A stretch of DNA of 64,000 nt from Batkoa obscura. Lineage: Eukaryota. The translations under genes were made by a program, and so were the position numbers. Each line of letters starts with the position of its first letter. Position 1 is the stretch's first letter. Shown here piece by piece: positions 50,715-61,767 of the stretch. The stretch covers positions 186,001-250,000 of the forward strand of contig JASVEC010000001.1 in NCBI GenBank assembly GCA_030770535.1. Direction: 5' to 3'. A model generated the notes under the pieces. It saw only the letters and a program-made list of their open reading frames with translations. It ran no database searches and had not been told where the DNA came from.

Positions 50715-51287
50715 TTTATTTTATTTTTTAATCTCATTTTATATCAAAAGTTAACATTTATATAGCCTCCTTTGATTTTCAAATTTTTAGTAAATAAATT
50801 TAGTTTGGGAAATCAAGTCATTTAATTATGCAATGAAATGAGATTTCAACTCAAATGATTTGTCATTGTTTTTAAAAAAAATCATGGGATTTTATTTTTA
50901 TTAAAGGTATAAAGCCTTACAACTCTCAAAACATAAATATATAAAAGTATAATAATGGAATTCAGTTAGGTTTTCATATAAGCTTATATCGTTGTTGGTA
51001 AGATATATCTTTTATATTTTAAATGATAAAAATGTAATCGATTCATTTAGTTAAATTTTGAGGTATAATTGTGTAAATGTGATATTTAAAAATTCTTATT
51101 TTAAGTCATTTAGTAGTTTATTACTAGAAAAATAATGTGACTATACTTGTTTCCTTTAAAATAAGCTATTTTAATGCTAGTAAATATTTTTTTAAGTTAT
51201 ATAAGCTAATAATAGGATACAATACAGCTTTAAAAGATAATAATAAAGTTTCATTTCCTATTCATCGTATTCTTTTTATTTATGCTT

Positions 51288-52777
51288 TTATAATAGCTCA
51301 AAATTTAAATATAAATCTTTAGCTGTAAAGAGATAAACATTTTTTAACTCCAAATCAGAACCATGATATTGTGGTGTACTATTAGGATAGGTTATTTTAT
51401 ATCTCAACAATATCATTACAATTACTACTTTTTGTTCCAGCAATGAAAATTTCATACCAATACAAAGCCTTTCTCCACCACCAAATACTGCCCAAGATAA
51501 AGGATTGATATGGGAATTGCTATTTAAAAATCTTTCAGGTTTAAATTTTTCGGGTTCGCCCCAATACTGTTTGTCCCTGTTAATAGAATAGATACTTAAT
51601 ATAACGTTGGTGTCTTTTGGTATCGTATAATTATCAACTATTACGTCTTTACTAGTTTTTCTTAAATTCAATTCTGGTACCGGTAGATAAAGTCTTAAAC
51701 TTTCTTTGACTACCGCTTCTAAATAATTCATCTGTTTGATTTGATCAATGTTTGGGCAAATTGAATCATAAGAATCACCATTACTATACTTTGTTAACTT
51801 CATGATGTCCATTATTTCTTGTCGTAATTTATGTTGAACGGATGGATTTTGAGCTAGAAAATGAAGGATTACAGATAAACCAAAAGAAGTAGTATCATGA
51901 CCAGCTAATAAAAATATCATTAACTTATCTCGAATTTCTTTCCCGTTAAATTGAATTTCGGGATTTAAAGTAGCTTTTACCATTGACGTTAAAATGTTGT
52001 TGCTATTTTTTATATCATTATTTAATATTTGTTCTTTTTTGTTGTTTATCATTATTTTAAACTGTTCATCTAGTTTATCTAATGACTTGTATACTGATTT
52101 TCTAAATGGATTTTTTGGTGTATCTAAGAAATCAAATATAAAATAAAAGGGATTTGCAGGTTCTCTAGCAACTTGGTTATAACATGTGGTAAACATACAG
52201 TTCTCATTTAATATAGAATCAAAATCAACCCCCATAATCCCTTTCCCTAACGAATTCATAGCAATACCCTGCATATATTTACTGATATCTACCTTTATTC
52301 CATTATATCTATTATCTACCAAATCAAAAAATTGGCACGTATAAGTGGAAAAAATAGATACATCAATTGTTTTTTAAACGGAGGATTTAGTATCATACGA
52401 TGTCTTTTCCATACTTCATAATTTGAAAACCCCAAATTAACGCCCATAAACTTAGAAAATAGTCGATTAGGATCAGCTTCAACTGGTACCACTCTTTGAA
52501 ATGCATTACTATCAGTATATATTTTATGCGCTGCTTCAAGTGATGACAAAGCTACATTCCATATACCATCTCTCCAAACTGCTTGTACCTTATTATCATG
52601 AAGTCGCTTATTGAGTAAACTTTCGATTTTTTTATCTCTAGCTTTATTTTCAAATTGTACTTTGATACATTCAAATAAACTTGGTGAAAGTATATGTTTT
52701 AATTTATTGGGCTTCTTAAGGAAAGAGTAAATCAAAAAGAGTATACCAAGTATCAGGGCCAATGTTAAATACAGCAT
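51288..52777 (-). CDS. Cytochrome P450, interrupted by a 1-nt frameshift at about 52370-52375
   Basis: N-terminal membrane anchor, WKRHR, AGHDTT, ESLR, PERF and FGGGERLCIG. Adding one A to the A6 run joins the two ORFs into ...LNPPFKKTIDVSIFSTYTCQFFDLVDNRY... Confidence 0.85.
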
Positions 52778-53773
52778 TGTGATTTTTTTTGAAAACAATA
52801 TAAAAGTTATTTTTTCGCTTATAGATCTTATTTATACTAAAACAATATCAGGTTTTTATATTCTTTTACATTAAATGTCCAATTAAATCGTGTCATATTT
52901 AAACTCATTTTACTTTGTGATGTTGATATATTTTTCAAAACCTATTACTTATAATAATAAAGTGTAAAACTAGAACATGGTTTATGATCATTTATTTTAT
53001 TTTATACTACAAGTGCCATCCAAATTTACTACTAACAGTATTTTGGTTTTAAAACAAAAGGTTCGTTTCTTATCTATTTCTAAAGCTTTAAAAATATTGT
53101 GTTTAATACTGGTAGTAAAGTATAAAAGGTATATGTACGTTATTCATTTTACTGGAACTTTGTTAAAATTTTTTCTTAAAAGGCTATACACACTTTGAAA
53201 ACTATTAGCGAAAGCTAAGTGCTGTCAAATGTCATCAAAAATTGTTAAAATCTATTAGAAATTCCTAATCTTTTTACAAAGAAATTGACAAAATACCATA
53301 AAGCAGAATACATCTTGAAACATTCAAAAAGTCAAGCCTTGTACAATCGTAACTAGAATTAAGACTTAAACTTATGCAAGAGCTTTGCTTGATCTGATTT
53401 TGTTAGCCCTATGTAATTAGATGATATAACTTTTCAGAGGAAACCAAATGCTATGCATTTAAAATGCCTTCTGTGCTTTCAAGCAACTTTATAAAAACCC
53501 AGTTTGGTATTATTCATTAGGGTAATTCTAATCACCTATTATTCGCAAATTTTAATAACCATTATGATTGAACTGAGTATTAGATAATATACACCAGAAC
53601 ACTTTTTTGTTTTGTTATTTCTTCCGTTTTCTATCCAGCATGAAACAGAAAATTATTCGAGTAAGGGCTTAAGATATTATCTGAATTTTTGAAGTATCCT
53701 TAAAAGTTGATTATAAAGTTGACTGAAAGCTATATGAGTTAAATTTAATAAATTGGAAAGAGTATTTTAATAT

Positions 53774-53908
53774 TAATGCAGATTTGATGGAATGAATCGA
53801 CGTAAGGGTATGAAGTAACTGCCCAATTACTACAATTTTTACATAATTGTAGTAATTGGGCAGCTACTTTATACCCTCACGCTGGTCCACTTAATCAAAT
53901 GTACATTA
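53774..53908. repeat. Long hairpin/foldback (~64-bp arms, 7-nt loop)
   Basis: CGTAAGGGTATGAAGTAACTGCCCAATTACTACAATT pairs with AATTGTAGTAATTGGGCAGCTACTTTATACCCTCACG. Confidence 0.85.
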
Positions 53909-54004
53909 GGAGGTGTTTTTTTGTTTAAGAATTTTACTAGCAACTTTTCTACTCAAGCAGCGCTTAAAAAATGGAAAAAGTGATGAACCCAAAAAAAACT
54001 GCGC
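53909..54004. mobile_element. MITE-A copy
   Basis: Family sequence, right end eroded. Confidence 0.8.
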
Positions 54005-54400
54005 AAGATATATACCATAATTTTATTCTTAGTTTTAACATAAACTTATTGCTTAATCTGTTTTAATAAAAAAATTATTGTTTATATCACTAACTAGAAG
54101 TAACTGCTTCTTTGGATGTTAGTTGCCCTTAGAAATACTTTATTGATACAATGAAATCCTTAAATTTTAATAAGTCATATTTCTCATGATTAACAATCTT
54201 CCAAACCATCATTTCTTAATGCCTTGGTTGAATCTTATTTTATTAGTTTAAAAATAGTTTCTTATGTTTGCATTATGCATACAAATTTTAATTTTATTAA
54301 TGAGTTGATCTATTGTTACCCGTATTTATAAATTCATATTGGATGATTATGATTAAACTTAATAAAATAGAAGAATAAACCTTAAACTAAATAAGCATAT

Positions 54401-54497
54401 GGGGATGTATTTTTTTGTTTAAGAATTTTACCAATAGTCTTTCCACTCGAATAGCGCTTAAAAAATGAAAAAGTGATGAAGTCAAAAAAATACCCCC
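54401..54497. mobile_element. MITE-A copy
   Basis: Family sequence, ATAT TSD. Confidence 0.88.
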
Positions 54498-54790
54498 ATA
54501 TTGTAAAGCTATAGATTGTTAACAAAAACTGATGGATTTAAAAATTAAGGGTTCAACTCAATGTGATAAAAAATGGTAATAAGAATAACTACTATTGTAT
54601 CCTATTATAAAACAAAAATAATTGGCTAATACTGTATCTTAATACAGGTATATCAAATATATAATTATAAAATAAGTCAAGTGCAATAACAGTAACAATT
54701 TAATAGTATCTTTCAATAGTTTATTAGATACGAAAAAAGGGTATAAATACACAATAGTGTAATCGAATTAAATTATAAAAAAATCAAAAC

Positions 54791-55024
54791 ATGTATACTC
54801 GTTTCATTGGAGTTTTATTTACTATCTTAGCTTTGAATACTTTTGCTGTTGTTGCTGCTCCAGCAACTCTCGGTAATTCTGTACAAGGAACAGTAATACC
54901 AAATAAAGAAAATGGACCTCTACAATCTTTCGAAAGAAGAGGAAGTGGTAGACCATATGGTAGAAGGGGATTCTATGAGCCGCTCCTAAGAAGAGGAAGT
55001 GGCAGACCATATGGAAGACGTTAG
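54791..55024 (+). CDS. Secreted peptide precursor F (2x GSGRPYG, spacer GFYEPLL)
   Basis: Signal peptide and pro region, then RR-GSGRPYG-RR-GFYEPLL-RR-GSGRPYG-RR. Confidence 0.85.
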   Translation: MYTRFIGVLFTILALNTFAVVAAPATLGNSVQGTVIPNKENGPLQSFERRGSGRPYGRRGFYEPLLRRGSGRPYGRR

Positions 55025-55231
55025 TGATGTAAATGTATCAAATAAAGCATTATCAATACATGAATTTATATTTATTTGCAGTTTATTTTAAAATGATCTT
55101 AAATTTATTATTTTTGTAAATCAAATTTTTATTAAATAATTGCCCTTTTTTATTTAAACTTAGATAAATAATTTGATTGCTGTTATTTATCATAAGTCTA
55201 ATTTTAATGATGAGCTTTTCAAACTACATAT

Positions 55232-55329
55232 GGGGATGTATTTTTTTGTTTAAGAATTTCACTAACAATCTTTCCGCTGAAATGGCGCTTAAAAAATGGA
55301 AAAAGTGATGAAGCCAAAAAAACACCCCC
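55232..55329. mobile_element. MITE-A copy
   Basis: Family sequence, ATAT TSD. Confidence 0.9.
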
Positions 55330-55503
55330 ATATATAGGTTAAGTACGCTTTTCTACAGTTAATTCTGAGAGCGGTTTTTTTATCATAAAACAATGTATAT
55401 ATAATGACGATATTAGGTAAATTAATACTCAATTCCAATATAAGCATTAAAGCTATTTACTTTCAAAAGTAACAACATTTTTGGATATTTTAAATAATTA
55501 TAT

Positions 55504-55600
55504 GGAAATGTTTTTTTGATTTCATCGCTTTTTCCATCTCTTAAGCGCTATTTGAATAGAATAGCGGCTAGTAAAATTTTTAGTAAAAAAATACACCCCT
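55504..55600. mobile_element. MITE-A copy (diverged)
   Basis: Family core TTAAGCGCTATTTGA. Confidence 0.7.
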
Positions 55601-55787
55601 ATATATTACAATTTTAATATCATCAAATCAAATAGAAAGTGCGATTTAGCTAATAGAGTTTGAATAAGCTAATTATTGATATTTTAGCACATGATATTGT
55701 GAATTTTTCATCTTAATCTTTAAAATAAATCATCTAACATGACTTATATCTATGTACCATTAGCAATATATAGGTATCATTACTATC

Positions 55788-57577
55788 TACTTTTATATTT
55801 TCAAATAATCAGTAATTTCAGCCAATTAACTTGAGCTCATAATAGAATCGGAAAAAATACGAAGTATTTATAAAAGTCAAATTGTCTGCTTGCTTTTACT
55901 GATATTTGTATTGAAATTAAACTTTTAAGAATACATCCTTATGTTCTTATCTTAAACTATTAAATTTTAAAATGCTAGGATTTAATTCTACTCTAAGATA
56001 TGATACTTATTAAAAACATCATCATGTTTCTATTATAAATACTTTATTTGTGGTTTATAAACCATTTTTATTAACATAAATTTACAACAGACGGAATATA
56101 CCTTTTTAATCGAAAATTGTTGTTGAAATATGAATTAAAGAGCAACTAATAATAGATAATATCTGTAATTAAGTTCAATAATGATCCTAGTAGTGCATTT
56201 TTAAAGCTCATAGCTTTTTAACACTTAATTAATAGAGTTAGAGCTAATATTTTTAATAGCACATAATGAATGTGTCAATTAGTAACTATTAATTTTTATC
56301 ATTATTGAAATTTACTATCCAACTACTCCAACTTCATAATTGAATATAATTGAAAACCAATCCCTATTGTTTTCAAAAACATTGATCATTATAAAGATAT
56401 ATGTTATTACTAAAAATGAGATTACTTTAAGCATACTACATGAAATTACTTTATCTAGCTTAATATATGTATGTTTTATACCATTTATATTCAAATATTG
56501 ACTTTGTAAATGGAAAAACTTGACAAGAGTTGATCATCATACTATATATAATTATACACTGAAGCAATTGTACTTAATCCTTAGCATTTGGGATATATTT
56601 TTTAGTTTCATCACTTTTTTCATTTTTTAAGCACTATTTGAGCGGAAAGATTGTTAGTAAAATTCTTAAACAAAAAAATACATCCCCATATAATTATTAA
56701 GATTCAAAAAATATATTATCAGTTTATATTGTTTAAAATCCTTTTATTAGCTCAAAAAAGTTACACTATTAAGATTAAATAATTGATAAATTTACTTTAT
56801 AATACTATAGTATCTAATTATTATTTGCATTCAGAATTTTTTCTATAGAATACAAATATAAAAATCTTATATAAAAAGTAAGTATTTGATTAAATAAACC
56901 AAATGTTTCAATTTATAAAGATAAGAACGAATGTTAAAAAACCCTTTTTATATATTATATATTAAAGTTATTATTATAAATATTGCAGATACTATAGATC
57001 AAGATTATGATCCGATGTGACTAAGGCGGTAGTTAGGATAAATGGTATTGTATTCTATTGTGAAGAAGAAATAATCGGAAAGTAGTAAATATAAGGGGAT
57101 GTATTTTTTTGTTTAAGGATTTTACTAACAATCTTTCCGCTCAAATAGTGCTTAAAAAATGGAAAAAGTAACGAAATCAAAAAAAACATCCTCATGATAT
57201 GAATGTGTTTAATGTATAGTTGTAAAAAAATCAAACTTATTAGATATCAATTACTGAAAAAAGCATACAAATGCCTACTAATGTAGACGAAACAAATTAT
57301 AAAAAATCAAAGCATGCACACTCAATTTATTGGAACTTTATTTACCATCTTAGCCATCAATAGCTTTATTGTTATTACTACTCCTGCACTTTCCGATGGT
57401 TTTATTCAAGAAGTAGCAATACTAAACAAACAAAATGGAAATCATCAATTTGCTGAAAGAAGAGGAAGTGGTAGAAAATATGGTAGAAGAGGCGTTGGTA
57501 GAGTCTATGGATAATAATGATAGCTTTGGTGGTTTAAACTCTCTTATTCAAAAATCAACCACTTTGTATTTTATTTT
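55788..57577. repeat. Right arm of the ~1.8-kb inverted duplication
   Basis: Reverse complement of 42790-44580 with only scattered substitutions; contains MITE-A copies at 56589-56687 and 57095-57193. Confidence 0.92.
57314..57514 (+). CDS. Secreted peptide precursor G (identical protein to D)
   Basis: Identical 66-aa translation; the stop is TAA here and TAG in D. Confidence 0.8.
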   Translation: MHTQFIGTLFTILAINSFIVITTPALSDGFIQEVAILNKQNGNHQFAERRGSGRKYGRRGVGRVYG

Positions 57578-57846
57578 AATAAATGATATTTTTATTTTGT
57601 ATTGTAAATTATCTATTTTGTTTTAAGTACCTTATTTTATTATATTAATTTAGCCATATATTGATGTTCATTGTTTTTGGTATAATATATAGTTTGTACT
57701 AATATACCTTAAAAGTTTGTTTTAAAGGTTTAAATGTTCAACATATTGAACACTGACTAGTCAGTTAGCAATAATTAAAAAGCTACTAAAACAACCAAAT
57801 GGAAGAGAACCATTTTCATGTATTTATTTTATAAATAGTTAAATTT

Positions 57847-59380
57847 TTAATAAGATTGAATGCTTTCTAGACTCAAATCTTTAGTCTCTGGTACAAAAAA
57901 GAAACAAATAATAAATAAGATCAAATTGAGTATTAAAAAGACTATAAAACTATAACCTTGAATTAAATTATATATCATTGGAAATAAAAATCCAATAATA
58001 AAATTCAGCCTAATAAAAATACATTAATATATGAACTAATATGGTATAATAGAAATATACTTACAACCAACTCACAACTAACGAACTCGATGATATGATA
58101 TTCAAATAATTAGTAGGTACCAGTTCAGGTAACAGAATATAAGATATTGGTAGCAAAGTAAATGAAAATGTAAATATATATAATACCACTAAACAAATCA
58201 CCATTAATAAATATAAACATAATAATTAAATAAACTTACTTGCAATTAATTGAGATAAACCATTATCAAAATGAAAACCTAAAATTAAGCATAACCAAGA
58301 TAATACTTGAATAATTATACCAAATAATAGCATTTTACGTTTACCAGTAAAATCTAATACTATGGAACATAATATTGAAGCTAATAAAGATACTAATGTA
58401 ATAAACATATTTCCGTAAATGATGACTGACTTTGGTAAATAATTCTCTAATATAATGGAAGAATAATACAAGATTGCTGAAGTACCACATAATTCTTGAA
58501 ACGAAACTAGTAAAAATGCTAGTAAACACTTTTTGAATAAAAACTTATTTTTAAAGATTGACTTCAATTTATACATTAACAGACTCTTGTTATTGTTCAG
58601 TATTAACTCATTAGCTTGTTGTTTCTGATTATTTATGAATTGTATAATTTCTTCCAATTCCTCATCAACACTATAACCTTTTCTTAATTCTTTCAAATAA
58701 GATTCGGCTTTTGAAATATTAGTATTATCAATTAATAACACATTTCTTGGTGAAGGTATCAAAAAAGGTATAAAGAATAATTGAAATATCGAAATAACTA
58801 AAGGTATACCCAATAAATATCTCCAATATAAATAAGAATCGACTACAATTGGAAATAAATTCGATAAAAATAGACCAATTGATAAAGAGATGGCAGTTAA
58901 TGAAGATATTATATTACGATATTTAATAGTTGCTATTTGAACTAAATAAGTTGGTAAAGCCACTGTAATTAACCCACAGCTGATTCCAAGGATAAATCGA
59001 CTAATAACTAACATAGCACTATTATAACTAAACACTAATATCAATTCTCCCAGAACAAAAAACAGTACTTGTATATAAAATAATAATTTAAAACCAAATT
59101 TAAATATTAGTTGACTACTCAATATTGCTCCTACGATTGCTCCTAAAGCCAAAACGCCAATTATAAAACCCCACATTAAGTCATCACCAACATAGATACA
59201 ATCCAATGTCTTACCACAATCACTTATTATACTTATCATCAAATTTGAAATGCCTATACTGTACCCTGCATTGATACCACCTAATGAAACAATGAGGCTA
59301 TTTAATACCAATTTTGAGTTTAGTTTAGCATTTAATGAAGAAGGTAAATCTTCTAAATGATTACTTGGTTTCGTTTTCAT
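57847..59380 (-). CDS. MFS sugar-porter family transporter, 3 exons (introns 58189-58239, 58010-58064)
   Basis: Multiple TM helices, FQELCG and DFTGKR motifs. The spliced C-terminus gives LLPELVP and VPETK before stop 57847-57849. Confidence 0.88.
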
Positions 59381-59840
59381 TTTATTAAAATAAAGAAGAA
59401 ATGAGAAAATAATAAACTATTCATCTTTTTTTTGAATAAGTTGTTAATATGTATATCCTTTATGCACCCGCTATTTTTTGTAACATAAATGACGCTTAGA
59501 ATAGGGTTAGTTAAAGCTTTTTTAATTTTATTGATGAGCAGCATTTTATTCTTTTTTAATTATAAAATAAATACCTATGACATGTATTTATTAATTTACT
59601 AGATGAAGTGAAAAGAAAATAGTTGAAGACACTAACTCAATATTAACAACATAGCTATAACTCAGTGCAAAAAGTTTTGACAGATCTTCATTTTTCCCAT
59701 TTTTGGGTAGGATAAGAATTAATTTTTATTCTTTTAAAAAAAATTACTCAAACAAAAAATTTATAAAAGCAAGCAACGAATAGAAATGAATTAAGTACAC
59801 ACTAATTTTTTTAGTTCTTTATAATAAATTAGTATAAAAA

Positions 59841-60533
59841 ATGAAATTAAATAATAATATCTGTAATAAAATTATTGACCATGGTTATAAGTACCCTTGT
59901 AACCATTGTTTTGGGTACTTAATAAGTGACTCAAGTGGTAATATTAAAAGATGTATTCCAGCGTTACATATTTGGTTGCTAAACCCAGGATTAGAATTAA
60001 GTTATGAAATGGTAATTTTTATTCAAATCCAATTTCATATTCATTTACATATATTTAGCTTAAAACAACATTGAGTAAAGAAGAAAATATAATAGGATTT
60101 TATTACATCGATAATAATACACCAAATAACAAAAAAAAGCAAGAGATAGATTTAGATAGTTTAAACTTTATTTACAAGCTGATTTTAAGTGATTTGAACA
60201 AAGTACTATCACCAATAATTGTCAAGGTAATTCCTTTAATTAGTGCCATGAATATTTAATCTAACCTTTTTCAAGGCAAATAGTAACTCTTTACAAGATA
60301 CAGTCATATCTCAACCATTTGAAGTAAGTCAATAACATTCATTTGTATATTATTCCTAAATTGTTTATTAGATTTATACTTTTAATAACGACAAGCAAAA
60401 ATTCTGCATCAAAACTGATGATAAAGTTGAAGTCAATTTAGAAGAGATAAACGACCATTTACTAAGTAAACAATATTTAAGTTTATTTGATTTTGATGAC
60501 CATTTAAATGATTGTAAAATAAATTGGCTCTAA
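59841..60533 (+). CDS. EMC8/EMC9-like (UPF0172) ER membrane complex subunit, 4 exons
   Basis: Introns 60012-60058, 60227-60275 and 60324-60371 splice in frame. Motifs KIIDHGYKYP, CIPALH, IIGFYY and the C-terminal DFDDHL..INWL. Confidence 0.8.
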
Positions 60534-60534
60534 T

Positions 60535-61278
60535 TCATACCTGATTTATTTTCGAAGTATCACCGCCGAGTAATAAAGTAATATCTCTATTATGCTCTAA
60601 ATACCCAGCTACTACTATTGTAATTGTTATTATCTTTTCTTGTTTTAATTTTAATTTTAATTTCAACTTACAGTATAGTATTGAAGATATTGTTAATGGA
60701 ATGGCGCCAGTTATTATTGGTGAGGGAAAAATTATACATGATAAAAACAGGATTAATGAGAAACTAAAAATGAGATAAAGATTATAAAATTATAATAATA
60801 AACTTACCAAAAAAATAAACTAGCTCTTAAATAATGATTTTGATAAATTATTACCAACTTATTACTAAAAATATTAGTATCAGTTAAAATTAGAGAATTG
60901 GATTATTACTGATTATTTCCTTTAGGTATGTACTATAAAATAAAATAAATGATTCAAAATTTTAATTAATTCTATTACTTCAATGAAAATCGGAATCTCT
61001 AATATTAAAATAATGATAGCAAAAAACCAGCAAGATACACTATAACTTAATAAACCTTCAATAGGTGATATATAAAATATTGGTATCAATAAAAGAACTA
61101 ATAAAAATTAATTCATTATTCAAGGCTTTACATTAACAATAAAATTAGAATTTACAAAACGATGCTAATATACTTAACCTAATAAATATGAGTTAAAATA
61201 AATATTGAACGGAATACCAATTTACCATTGTGCATAAATAACGATTTTTAGTGAAAACAGCTCTTCTTTTAATCCCAT
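60535..61278 (-). CDS. TVP18-like Golgi membrane protein, 7 exons
   Basis: Six short GT..AG introns give MGLKEELFSLKIVIYAQW..., LILEIP, NHYLRASLF and ...LLLGGDTSKINQV*. Absent from the ORF track. Confidence 0.72.
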
Positions 61279-61396
61279 TGTATTATTAAAGTTTATTTTA
61301 TATGTTGAAAAAATATTTAATTCTTAATCCATTTAAACATTCTTATCTTCCGCTTAATTCAATTATGCAATAACATTGATTGATTGGATTTTAAAT

Positions 61397-61559
61397 TAGA
61401 GCAGGTTGCAGTTAGATGTATTAAGTTGTTTTTAATTTGTAGTTGAAGTTTTTCAATATGAATATAAGGGGCTAGAACTTACATTAATTCCTAATTCATA
61501 TAAAAAAGTTCAGCTCTAAATTAAAAACAGTAAATGACATCTAACTGCAAGCTGTTCTA
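61397..61559. mobile_element. Foldback MITE-B (long TIRs)
   Basis: AGAGCAGGTTGCAGTTAGATGT ... ACATCTAACTGCAAGCTGTTCT with ~65-bp imperfect arms. Confidence 0.7.
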
Positions 61560-61604
61560 GCAAGTTGAAGCTTGTTACAAGATTTATTAGCTAAAAACTG
61601 GGAG

Positions 61605-61767
61605 AACAGGCTGGATTTAGATGCTTTCATTTTATTTTAATTTGCTGCTAATTTTTTTTACATTGAATTTATAAATTATACAAATATTTTGTCAATGCAT
61701 TTATTATAAAAGAAATTAACGACAAATTAAAATAAAATAAAATAAAAGCATCTAAATGCAACCAGTT
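61605..61767. mobile_element. Foldback MITE-B-related copy
   Basis: ACAGGCTGGATTTAGATGC ... GCATCTAAATGCAACCAGT; a truncated relative lies at about 2848-2958. Confidence 0.7.

Noticed and set aside
34330..57514. Assignment to a known class (ustiloxin/dikaritin, alpha-factor pheromone, candidalysin, MSDIN)
   Set aside because: No DUF3328 or tyrosinase gene in the window, no X-Ala/X-Pro Ste13 spacers, no long amphipathic helix and no MSDIN leader; left unassigned.
57847..59380. MFS gene as a proven exporter for the peptides
   Set aside because: It carries sugar-porter signatures (PETK), has introns and borders the housekeeping block, so adjacency alone is weak evidence.
59600..59700. Possible C/D snoRNA-like segment in the divergent promoter
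   Set aside because: No convincing canonical C box with a terminal D box or recognisable guide; it needs an Rfam/snoscan search.
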